Assembly: GCA_943349045.1 (NCBI GenBank)
Contig: CALQZC010000001.1
Coordinates: forward strand, 1 to 58,950
Direction of reading: 5' to 3'
DNA: 58,950 bases
DNA from: Candidatus Peribacteria bacterium
GTDB taxonomy: Bacteria; Patescibacteriota; Gracilibacteria; UBA1369; UBA12463
Shown: positions 30,971 through 39,620 of the stretch, in pieces
Layout: every line of letters starts with the position of its first letter
How positions within the stretch are numbered: position 1 is the first letter of the stretch
Position numbers and translations under genes: made by a program
Notes under the pieces: model-generated
What the model was told of the DNA's origin: nothing
Seen by the model: only the letters and a program-made list of their open reading frames with translations
Database searches by the model: none

Positions 30971-31906
30971 TTATATAAGGAACGAAAGCGCTTTTTCAAC
31001 CTCTTTCACCGAACCAGCAATGATCGGACAACGTTGATCAATCGCCTCAATAGATTTTTCCATCATGGAAATTTTTCCATCACTCACCGCACCACCAGCT
31101 TCCACAATCGCAAACCCCATCGTTCCGCACTCAAACAAGAGCCGCAATTTACCATTCGGTTCATCAGTATACCCAGGATAGGTAAAGACACCTTTTCCCT
31201 TGAGAAGAATATGATTTATGTCGGGAACCATACCGCCCGAGTAGCGAAGCGTGTACTGACCTTCAAGCCAGAAATCAACGAGCCGCTTATATCCAGGGTT
31301 CTTGAGACACGCCCGCAGGTTTCCAGGAGCGAAGTACTTCCCCTCTTCGGCAATTTTCAACTCAGTTTTTTGCAACATAAACCCACCATCCGTGAGCAAA
31401 TACTGATGCACACCTTTCCCCTTGAGCGCGACAAACAGCGTCGTCCTCGGGCCATACACCGCAATCATAGCCGCGTGCATCTCACCTGGCTTTTTACCAA
31501 TGAACGAGCCCTTCGGATAGATGCCAATAATCGTCCCCACCGCAAAGTTCACATCCACCAGCGATGAGCCATCAAGTGGATCAAAAGCAATAGAAAATTC
31601 TGCAGAATTTTCTACGTTCCCTGTACCCGCCTTCTGCTTACTTATCTGTATCTCCTCAGGAAGCTCCTCCGACGCCACGTAATCCACCAGCGGCTGCTCG
31701 CGAAGTACCTTCAAGAGGACATCATTCGAGGCGACATCGAGTTTGAGCTGCTGTTCGCCAAACACATTCTGCGTACCCGCGTACCCCAGCGCTGCACCCG
31801 TCCGAACAATATTCGAGATTTCATACACGCCCTGCGCGCAGGCCATCATGACCTGGTGCAAGCCTTCATCAGCTCCGAGTGTTTTGAGGTGTTCGTCGAG
31901 TTGCAT
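30971..31906 (-). CDS. fbp: Fructose-1,6-bisphosphatase class 1
   Basis: GEQQLKLDV, SEE, FDPLDGSS, LRYSGGMVPD, GKLRLLFEC. Confidence 0.95.
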   Translation of the reverse strand: MQLDEHLKTLGADEGLHQVMMACAQGVYEISNIVRTGAALGYAGTQNVFGEQQLKLDVASNDVLLKVLREQPLVDYVASEELPEEIQISKQKAGTGNVENSAEFSIAFDPLDGSSLVDVNFAVGTIIGIYPKGSFIGKKPGEMHAAMIAVYGPRTTLFVALKGKGVHQYLLTDGGFMLQKTELKIAEEGKYFAPGNLRACLKNPGYKRLVDFWLEGQYTLRYSGGMVPDINHILLKGKGVFTYPGYTDEPNGKLRLLFECGTMGFAIVEAGGAVSDGKISMMEKSIEAIDQRCPIIAGSVKEVEKALSFLI

Positions 31907-32325
31907 TAGTTGATCAGGTCAGCTGATACGAAATTATAACTTGAAATTTTCCACTCAGCATCTTCCTTCGTAAGAAAAACATCGATGCCACCCTTTTCAC
32001 CGGAGACATTTTCAACATTCACATACGCCGTAGCGGTAATCCCATCCTGCTGAACCACCACATTCTTAAAGGTTCGCTTCAGATTCGACTCGAGAAGTGG
32101 GTGTTCGGCAACGTAGTATCGCAGATCATCTTTATCCATTTTTTCACGCTTATCCTTCGCGAGGAAGGTATGCGCCTTTTCGTAATCAGCCACGCTGATC
32201 GCCACAAACTGCTGTTCAACAACCGAGGTAATGAGACTGGTTGGAGTCGATTTGAGAAAGAAAAATGCACCAAGTGCGACGACGGCAACGGCAGCAAGCA
32301 TACTCACGATAACTTTTGTAGACAT
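31906..32325 (-). CDS. Membrane-anchored hypothetical protein (possible NTF2-like fold)
   Basis: N-terminal TM; DYEKAHTFLA...LTKEDAEWKI. Confidence 0.65.
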   Translation of the reverse strand: MSTKVIVSMLAAVAVVALGAFFFLKSTPTSLITSVVEQQFVAISVADYEKAHTFLAKDKREKMDKDDLRYYVAEHPLLESNLKRTFKNVVVQQDGITATAYVNVENVSGEKGGIDVFLTKEDAEWKISSYNFVSADLIN

Positions 32326-32356
32326 AGCAGATAGAGGTGAGGTGATAAATAATACG

Positions 32357-33412
32357 TTAATCCTGGCTAACCGTTACATCTTGGTCATACGCGACCGGTT
32401 GCTCCATGTCCGATGAATAGGTACCGAGAGACGCCAAACTGTTCATCTTCGCCCGGTGCAAAAAGACCTTTTGCGCAGCCTGAAGATTTTCCGGCATACC
32501 CTTCCAAGTTTTCGTAGCAGCATCCTGAAGCGCCCGAGCATACGAGAACGTCAGTGGCCATGGAAGATTTTTATCCTGATTGATCGCATTGAGATTTTGC
32601 GTCGCCTCGACATCGCCCTGTCCACCAGACAGGAACGCCTCGCCAGCGAGCTCAGAAGGCAGACATTTCTTAAAGACTCGCAAGGTAGTTTCTGCAACCT
32701 GTTCCGGAGATGCCTTCACCCCAAAGTCTTTACCTGGCAAGACCATGCTTGTTTTCAAAATCATACCCTCGAGTGCCACTCCAGCTGCGCGCAACTCCTC
32801 GAAGAGTGCGGTCAAAATCTGTGTGCTCGCCGCCTCAGCCTGTTCAATCGTATGTGTTCCATCAAGTAAAATTTCAGGTTCCACCATCGGCACCAATCCA
32901 TGTTCCTGACAAACAAAGGCATACGCCGCGAGATCTTTCGCATTCTGGCGAATATTTTCCTCGGATGGCATGGATTCACCAATCGTAATCACCGAACGCC
33001 ACTTGCAAAACTTCGCACCGAACTCAACATATTCTTGCAAACGAGCACCAAGACCCTCAAGTCCGCTCGTCAATTTTTCGCTACCTGCATCAATCAAACC
33101 AAGATCCACCTTGATACCCGGCAAAATTCCAGCCGTCTGCAAAATCTCCACAAATGTTTTTCCAGACTTCGTCGTCTGACGAATCGTCTCATCATGCAAA
33201 ATCACTCCACTGATATAGTCACTCTCTCCAGGAACCGTCAGGAGCATCTCTCGAAACGCCCGGCGATTATCTTCAGTATTTTCAAGTTCAATCGAGGCAA
33301 AACGCTTCCCTACCGTCTTCATACTCTCATCCGCCGCCAGAATACCTTTTCCCGGCGCTACCATTTGCTTGGCTACCTTGCTGAGTTCGGCAACCTTTGA
33401 TGTATCAATCAT
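32357..33412 (-). CDS. Fructose-bisphosphate aldolase class I (eukaryote-like family)
   Basis: GKGILAADES, GIKVD, KWR, VEPEIL, LKTSMV (Schiff-base Lys), FLSGGQ, FSYARALQ. Confidence 0.95.
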   Translation of the reverse strand: MIDTSKVAELSKVAKQMVAPGKGILAADESMKTVGKRFASIELENTEDNRRAFREMLLTVPGESDYISGVILHDETIRQTTKSGKTFVEILQTAGILPGIKVDLGLIDAGSEKLTSGLEGLGARLQEYVEFGAKFCKWRSVITIGESMPSEENIRQNAKDLAAYAFVCQEHGLVPMVEPEILLDGTHTIEQAEAASTQILTALFEELRAAGVALEGMILKTSMVLPGKDFGVKASPEQVAETTLRVFKKCLPSELAGEAFLSGGQGDVEATQNLNAINQDKNLPWPLTFSYARALQDAATKTWKGMPENLQAAQKVFLHRAKMNSLASLGTYSSDMEQPVAYDQDVTVSQD

Positions 33413-33483
33413 AAAAGTGGATTACAAATACCATTAAAATAAGCCGCCACCAGCTTAACGGAAAAGCCCCTAGCGAACAAGAT

Positions 33484-33876
33484 CTATGCATGCGCCGTCA
33501 AAGCTATACTTTCATTTGCCAGATCAAACGCAATTTTGAAAGCTTCAAAAAAGCCTCTTTGACCAACAATTCCATACGATTTATCCATTCCATCCATGAA
33601 ACCAACCTTAAGAGGAAATTTCCAGCCTCCCACCTGCATCTGTATCTCATACAGAAAACAATACCGAGAGTGTCCAGTTACACCGGTAATTTTTCTTTTT
33701 GCAGCACGTGAAAGATTGATACCAAGAGTATGAGCAAGCTCAGTATTAAAAACGGAGATCTCGGCTCCCGAATCTATAAAAACTTCATAATCCATCGCAG
33801 CACGTCCATGAAAAAGCTGAACCGGAATTACTGGACTCAAATGCCCCAAAAGGGATTTTTTATATTTGAAATTCAT
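33484..33876 (-). CDS. Retropepsin-like aspartyl protease
   Basis: FIDSGA catalytic motif, GIVGQRGFF; start moved to ATG 33876. Confidence 0.8.
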   Translation of the reverse strand: MNFKYKKSLLGHLSPVIPVQLFHGRAAMDYEVFIDSGAEISVFNTELAHTLGINLSRAAKRKITGVTGHSRYCFLYEIQMQVGGWKFPLKVGFMDGMDKSYGIVGQRGFFEAFKIAFDLANESIALTAHA

Positions 33877-34075
33877 AATGATTACATAAACGAAGTCGAG
33901 GAGTCTTTTTAGGGACATAGAGCATAATTGGCCTTTTATATCCTGTAGCACGTGCCTCTTCCATAGTTTCCTTTAAGTTCTTTCCGCTCACAATAACCGT
34001 AACCTCATCTTGCTCAAGCGCAACCCAGAGGCCTTTATACTTTCGATAAATTGGTCGCCAATCAATTGCTGCCAT
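33860..34075 (-). CDS. DUF5678-like small protein
   Basis: KYKGLWVAL....VIVSGK.LKE....A...GY..P; overlaps the protease start. Confidence 0.75.
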   Translation of the reverse strand: MAAIDWRPIYRKYKGLWVALEQDEVTVIVSGKNLKETMEEARATGYKRPIMLYVPKKTPRLRLCNHYEFQI

Positions 34076-34158
34076 AAAAAAGTAATAAAGTGAGACCTTA
34101 TTTTACCAAGCGATCTATCAAATTCCTAATTACATTTTTCTAAAATATTCTTAAACAA

Positions 34159-35163
34159 CTACCTCTCAAGAGTCATGGTATGCACACGATTCGTCGCATC
34201 GGCCATCGCACGACCAATACGCGCGGCTTGTGTTCGGTTAGGTTCGAACGTTGAAGCGCGGAAAGGAGTTCCAAACGGAAGAAGATGACGCTTTACAAAG
34301 TCAGCCGTTACCTGAGGAACACCTTGCTCTCCAGCCATTTGAGCCAGTCTCGTGCCAGGATATCCAGGAACATGAGAAAAGGGAGCGTTAAATTTACCCT
34401 CAATCCCAATCTCGCGAAGATGATCGGCCAACGTGAGTCCAAAATCCTGATCAGGAATAGCAATCGTTGGAATACAGACATCTGGTCGAGCAGGACCACT
34501 ATTACAGCCATCGGAGTAGACATCATCCCATGCATCAACCAATGCAACCGTATCACGCTCATAGCCGGAAAAATCGGTATCCACAAGTGGAGCAAGTTCG
34601 CTCTGTTTCTCACTCAGCTCATTCACTCTCGCCTCATCAAACTCCCCCGAACCCATCGTGTGTGGTTGTAGAACAGCCAAAAGCTGCTGACTATATTGAG
34701 TCATATAGGCGAAGAGGGCATTCATAGAATTCCCATAGGCAACCTTTAATTTCTCATGAACACCAGTAGGAACGGGAAAAAGGAGTGCGCCATCGAGTGG
34801 GCGATTGTGATCCATCGAGGTACGACCACCCATTCGAGGAGAGAGCATGAGGGGACGAAAATTATGCCCCTCGAGCGCAGCGCGTGTTTCCAAAGAAATT
34901 TCATGTGCACCGACATCTCCACGAATATGTCCAAATTTGAGGAGCGCCTTTCCGGCCGGAGTCTGAAAAAATGCCTGAAGATCAGGATCAAGAAAACTGA
35001 GATTCATACGATCCGGATGCGGCGTAGAGTGGGCACTCCAAATAAGTGCATTGAAAGAGGAAAGGCTTGTATCCTCTCCGTTACGACGAGAAGAATTTGC
35101 ATGCTGAATATCAAGATGATCATGGGACAACTCACGTAAATCACCAACCGTTTGAAGAGCCAT
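34159..35163 (-). CDS. Hypothetical protein, possibly a degenerate N-formylglutamate amidohydrolase fold
   Basis: SAHS..P, D.GA, R..MDHNR, RPDVCI and NAPF occur in the expected order. Confidence 0.45.
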   Translation of the reverse strand: MALQTVGDLRELSHDHLDIQHANSSRRNGEDTSLSSFNALIWSAHSTPHPDRMNLSFLDPDLQAFFQTPAGKALLKFGHIRGDVGAHEISLETRAALEGHNFRPLMLSPRMGGRTSMDHNRPLDGALLFPVPTGVHEKLKVAYGNSMNALFAYMTQYSQQLLAVLQPHTMGSGEFDEARVNELSEKQSELAPLVDTDFSGYERDTVALVDAWDDVYSDGCNSGPARPDVCIPTIAIPDQDFGLTLADHLREIGIEGKFNAPFSHVPGYPGTRLAQMAGEQGVPQVTADFVKRHLLPFGTPFRASTFEPNRTQAARIGRAMADATNRVHTMTLER

Positions 35164-35445
35164 AGAAGAGGGTATGTAAAAAGAGTATGCAAAATAAGAG
35201 AGCATACTACGTCCACTCACAAACGACCGTCAAATAAAATCTACCCATGTGGACCCCTAATTCACATGGACAAAGAATTTCAGCCGGGTTTGTGTAGGAA
35301 AGAACAGTGCAGGAACAAACTCACCTTAAACCTCGTAGAGCCACTATGCAACAAAACAACATAAGTCAGATTACGCACACAGCAAAAAAGGCTTATATAA
35401 GCAGAGAAAAGCGTGGTAATTATCTGTAGAAAACTGTCATACACT

Positions 35446-35961
35446 TTATCGACTCGCAATCGAACTTCCACCACCAAGGTGAATAACATTTTTTGCCGGG
35501 CGCATGGAGAACAGGATATCATTCGTCACGACGGAGTGAAGCGACTGTGCCTGAGCGAGCTGCATCGTCATAACCTCATTTTCACGAACGAGCGCCTGAC
35601 GCTTGAACTGAAGATCGCGAAGCACGTAGCCCTTCGTCACGCCCCGAGTTGAAAAAATAAGCGTCATCACGGTACTAACCGCAATCACCGCAACAATTGA
35701 AATAACGAAGACCGCGGGTCGAATATGAAACTTGAAACCCGTTGTTGCCGTATCGTGTTTCATCGCATTCACAGCATCCTGAAACATCTTTAATGGATTC
35801 AAGGATTTCAACACATTCACACTGCTCGAAAAGTGCATTGGTTCACCTACCGGCGCCGCACTCTGAAGCTCTCGCTTCCCGAAGGAACAAGCGAGCATGG
35901 GAGCGGAACGTCGGAGAGCAACGTGTCGAGCACGATGCCCAGGAGAGGACAGACGAAACAT
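35446..35961 (-). CDS. FtsL-like cell division protein
   Basis: Immediately downstream of rsmH; single TM followed by KGYVLRDLQ..coiled coil. Confidence 0.65.
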   Translation of the reverse strand: MFRLSSPGHRARHVALRRSAPMLACSFGKRELQSAAPVGEPMHFSSSVNVLKSLNPLKMFQDAVNAMKHDTATTGFKFHIRPAVFVISIVAVIAVSTVMTLIFSTRGVTKGYVLRDLQFKRQALVRENEVMTMQLAQAQSLHSVVTNDILFSMRPAKNVIHLGGGSSIASR

Positions 35962-35979
35962 GGGAGGGGGTGAGGGGTA

Positions 35980-36960
35980 CTAGATCTTTTCAGCCGCGCG
36001 TAATTTAGCACTGCGACTCCTTGGATTTTTTGCGACTTCTTCGTCAGATGGTGTCACGGGACTTTTGGTCAAAACGGAAATGACCGGGGTCGCGGAACAC
36101 TCACATCGCAAAACTTCAGGAGGACAGACACAATCTCGCGTTTGAGATCTTAGAAAATGCTTCACAATGCGATCCTCGAGGGAGTGATAGCTGATCGCTA
36201 CCACTCGGCCGTGAGGCGCAAGCAGTTCAACTGCCTGGGGTAAAACATTTTCTAAAACTTCAAGTTCGGAGTTCACCGCAATACGAAGTGCCTGGAAGGT
36301 ACGGGTCGCTGGGTGAGATTTTCCATGTCGAAGGTTGGCGGGGTAGGCGTGAAAAACGAGATCTTCGAGCTGCTTCGTGGTCGCAAATGGAGCCTTCTTA
36401 CGCTGCTCTACGATCGCTTTCGCAATTTTCCGAGAGAGGCGCTCTTCACCGAACTGGAAAATAATGTCGGCAAGGTCAGATTCACTGTAGGTGTTGACGA
36501 TGTCCGCGGCGGTGAGGAGATTCAGTTCGCGGCTCATTCGCATATCGAGAGGACCTTCATGCTGGAAGGAGAATCCTCGCTCAGGACGAGTGAGATGAGA
36601 AAGGGCAAGTCCGAGATCGAAGAGTATGCCATTGACCGAGGTAACTCCGAGGTCATGGAGCCGTTCTCGCATGTCAACGAAGTTGGAGTGAATAGGAGTG
36701 AATCTTTTGAGACCCTCTTTTCCAAACGTTTCCTTAATTCTGGTGCGAGCAACCTCGATGTGTTCGAGATCCTGATCAAAACTATAGACGTGACCTTTTG
36801 GGCCGACAGCCTCCATCATATCCATGGTATGGCCACCGAGACCAAGTGTCGCATCTACGGCGATATCGCCGCTTTTCAAAGCCAAATATTCATGTACCGA
36901 TTGTCGAAGAACGGGGTCGTGATGAAATGCGGTGGTGTGATGTTCAATTCTTGTATCCAA
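35980..36960 (-). CDS. rsmH: 16S rRNA m4C1402 methyltransferase
   Basis: H.PVL, DATLGLGGH, RGFSF..GPLDMRM, HPATRTFQALRIAVN, SYHSLEDR, NPRSRSAKLR. Confidence 0.97.
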   Translation of the reverse strand: MDTRIEHHTTAFHHDPVLRQSVHEYLALKSGDIAVDATLGLGGHTMDMMEAVGPKGHVYSFDQDLEHIEVARTRIKETFGKEGLKRFTPIHSNFVDMRERLHDLGVTSVNGILFDLGLALSHLTRPERGFSFQHEGPLDMRMSRELNLLTAADIVNTYSESDLADIIFQFGEERLSRKIAKAIVEQRKKAPFATTKQLEDLVFHAYPANLRHGKSHPATRTFQALRIAVNSELEVLENVLPQAVELLAPHGRVVAISYHSLEDRIVKHFLRSQTRDCVCPPEVLRCECSATPVISVLTKSPVTPSDEEVAKNPRSRSAKLRAAEKI

Positions 36961-37170
36961 CTGGTGTATAACTTTTGTACTCTAAACTGGAGAGTACTAT
37001 AAGGAAGCTGACCAAAGCAGTCAATTATTTGTGTGTGAGTTGTGCACAAAAAATGAACAGTTAGAATAAACTGTACGTCGGAAGCTGACAACGCAGACCA
37101 CAATCGGCAATTACAAATAAAATTGCACAACTTTTTAGTTATTGCATAACAATTGTATACAGTGAGGGGG

Positions 37171-38343
37171 CGCTCACCTCTTTTGAAGATTTTTTAGATG
37201 AAAAATTTTAACTATAACATTGTGTGAGGGGGTTCGTGGTTTTTCGCGGGAATTTTGTGTGGTTTTTGGTGCTGATTTTCTGGTTAATTTTCTTGCATTT
37301 CTGGCTTCTGTCTGCTAGTATGTGGTGCACATTACGGATTGCGGCAATCAGACGGAATGATCGAAGAAAAGCCCGCTTACGAGGATCACAGAAGGGTGAT
37401 CAGAGTGAGTTGGTATTTTTTAATTTTTCTTTCTTTATGGTTGATCCAACATTGATGTCTGATGAAGTTTTATTGTCTGTTTGTGTGAGGTACGGAGAAG
37501 AGGCTCGGAAATGGAGGAATAAGTTTCTAGGAATGTTGCCGGAGGTGAACCGTCGGAGACTCTATGAACGGGAGGGATACTCATCCATCGTGGAGTTTGC
37601 GAAGAAAGTTGGTGGAGTGAGCGAGGAGCAGGTGAGACAGGTGCTGCAACTCAAAGAAAAGTTTGAGGAAGTTCCGGTATTGCAGGAGCTACTGGTGAGT
37701 GGAGCGGTGAGCATGCACAAACTGGAACGGGTGGCCTCAGTGGCTAAACCAGCAAACCAGGAGTTTCTGGCCGATCAGGTCCAGATGCTCTCTCGACGAG
37801 CCGTTGACACTCTTGTCAAAGATATAAAAAGATCAGATACCAAATTCCTGTCCGGACAAAGAATGGAATTCTCCATCATCGAAGAAACCATGCAAGTATC
37901 CGTGATGGTGGATCCTGATGTTGGTGAGCAATTGAAGGAACTCCAACACAAAGGCATCGACATCAATGCAGAACTGAGAGTATTTCTGCAAGAACGGGCA
38001 GAAAAAATCAAAGAAGAAAAAGATAAGATTGCGGCAACCTGCCAACCCACCTCGTCCAGATACATTCCTGCACGAACGAAAAAACTACTCAAAAAAGAAT
38101 ACGGAACCAAGTGTTCCATCCAGAACTGCCACAATGAAGCAGTAGATCTCCACCATGAACAACGGTACACCATGGCACTCACCCATGATCCGCACTACCT
38201 CGCACCTGTATGTGAACCGCATCATGAAATTGCACACACGATCGATGTGAAGTACCAGGAGAAGAAGCGGCGGAGAAAATAAAATAGCGTACCCGCAACT
38301 CACGCACGAAGTTCGGAGCATCCCCCCATCCGCTCACCTCTTT
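37171..38343. mobile_element. Candidate HNH-gene unit bounded by a perfect 13-bp direct repeat
   Basis: CGCTCACCTCTTT at 37171-37183 and 38331-38343. Confidence 0.4.
37437..38282 (+). CDS. HNH-like (Zn-binding) endonuclease domain protein; paralog of 1..762
   Basis: CSIQNC..DLHH..LAPVCEPHHEIAH; N-terminal LPEVNRRRLYEREGYSSI..FA...GVSEEQV; start moved to ATG 37437. Confidence 0.78.
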   Translation: MVDPTLMSDEVLLSVCVRYGEEARKWRNKFLGMLPEVNRRRLYEREGYSSIVEFAKKVGGVSEEQVRQVLQLKEKFEEVPVLQELLVSGAVSMHKLERVASVAKPANQEFLADQVQMLSRRAVDTLVKDIKRSDTKFLSGQRMEFSIIEETMQVSVMVDPDVGEQLKELQHKGIDINAELRVFLQERAEKIKEEKDKIAATCQPTSSRYIPARTKKLLKKEYGTKCSIQNCHNEAVDLHHEQRYTMALTHDPHYLAPVCEPHHEIAHTIDVKYQEKKRRRK

Positions 38344-38971
38344 ACGCTCCCTGGAGCACCCGATACACCTCATCGACACTCACCGGGCCGTGGCGAACAA
38401 TCAGGAAAGGCTCGCCCGACTCGCCGCTCACATCCACAATAGTAGAAGGTGCCGTCTCGGGAATTCGGCCCATATCGACAATAAAATCTGGATGCATAAC
38501 CTCGATGCGATCTTCCAGAAAGGTCTCAACATCATACGCCTGTGGCTCCCCGGTTCGATTGGCACTCGTCGTTACCAGCGGTTCTTCGAACCGTCGCAAC
38601 AGCTCAAGCGTAAATCGATGATCCGGACATCGCAGTCCGACAGACATCAAACCAGGATTAATATAAGAAGGTAACGCCTCGCGTCTCTTCACAATAATCG
38701 TCAACGGTCCCGGCCAGAACGCACGAGCCAATTTTTTTGCACGCTCACTAAACTCACCATACTCCTCCGCCTGCTCCAAACTCGACACCATGATCGAGAC
38801 CGGTTTTTCGCGCGGCATTTCTTTGAGCATATAAATCTTCTCAACCGCCTCCGGATAAAAAATATCGGCAGCCAGTCCATAGCACGTTTCGGTCGGATGC
38901 AGCAGAACGCCGCCCTTCTCCAGAACCTGTAGCGACTCAACGATGAGATGTTCAAAACCATCAGTACTCAT
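38342..38971 (-). CDS. tsaC: L-threonylcarbamoyladenylate synthase (TsaC/Sua5/YrdC)
   Basis: PTETCYGL, FWPGPLT, GLRCP, TTSAN, PSTIVD. Confidence 0.92.
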   Translation of the reverse strand: MSTDGFEHLIVESLQVLEKGGVLLHPTETCYGLAADIFYPEAVEKIYMLKEMPREKPVSIMVSSLEQAEEYGEFSERAKKLARAFWPGPLTIIVKRREALPSYINPGLMSVGLRCPDHRFTLELLRRFEEPLVTTSANRTGEPQAYDVETFLEDRIEVMHPDFIVDMGRIPETAPSTIVDVSGESGEPFLIVRHGPVSVDEVYRVLQGA

Positions 38972-39076
38972 GCGCTCTATTGTAGCGGATTTTTTCGCTT
39001 TTCAAAGGGATCAAAAAAAAGATACAATAACCCCCAACCCTCAATACTCCCACTTTCATCCCTAACCCCCTACTGT

Positions 39077-39535
39077 ATGGCGCAACTAAACGGCACACCT
39101 CGTGCTATTTCGGAACAACAAGCCGCAGAAAGAATGATGGCAGATGAGGCATTACATGTTATTGAAACATACCTCAAGAGCCAGGGGGAGGGTGGAATTA
39201 CGGTTGGCCATTCAGCCACAACTGGCAAACTTCACGGAAACGCGGCACTAAAAATAGCCTATCTTTATGGGAGAGAAATTAAGTCATTTAGACGAGATGA
39301 ACAAGCGCACGTCGCACAATCAGCACGAAATTTAGTACGAATACTCAACTCAAAGGTCATCCAAGATCAAGGTATCATCGATGCCATAACGACCCTCGCA
39401 GTATTTCTCGCAAACCAATGTCCAACCATACAGGTATTTCCAAGTGGCCCTGAGCCGGAAGAGACGGCCAAACCAGTATCAATCAGCAGCTGGGTTCATG
39501 GCAATGTAGGGCGAACACTGGAAGCTACCATGTAA
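39077..39535 (+). CDS. Hypothetical protein (orphan)
   Basis: ORF filling the gap; ATG 39077 follows a C-rich leader. Confidence 0.55.
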   Translation: MAQLNGTPRAISEQQAAERMMADEALHVIETYLKSQGEGGITVGHSATTGKLHGNAALKIAYLYGREIKSFRRDEQAHVAQSARNLVRILNSKVIQDQGIIDAITTLAVFLANQCPTIQVFPSGPEPEETAKPVSISSWVHGNVGRTLEATM

Positions 39536-39620
39536 GCACGGTACTCATTGACTCTCCTTGAAAATCCTCTAAACTGGGGGCGTTTTGTAGTAGTATTTCC
39601 TATTCCTAAAACCCATTTCC

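Noticed and set aside
36960..37170. Replication origin or DnaA-box cluster
   Set aside because: The motifs match TTATCCACA poorly, dnaA/dnaN are not nearby, and there is no lasting skew switch.
37224..37436. 71-aa hydrophobic N-terminal extension of the HNH ORF from GTG 37224
   Set aside because: Most likely a by-product of T-rich DNA; ATG 37437 gives a more plausible protein.
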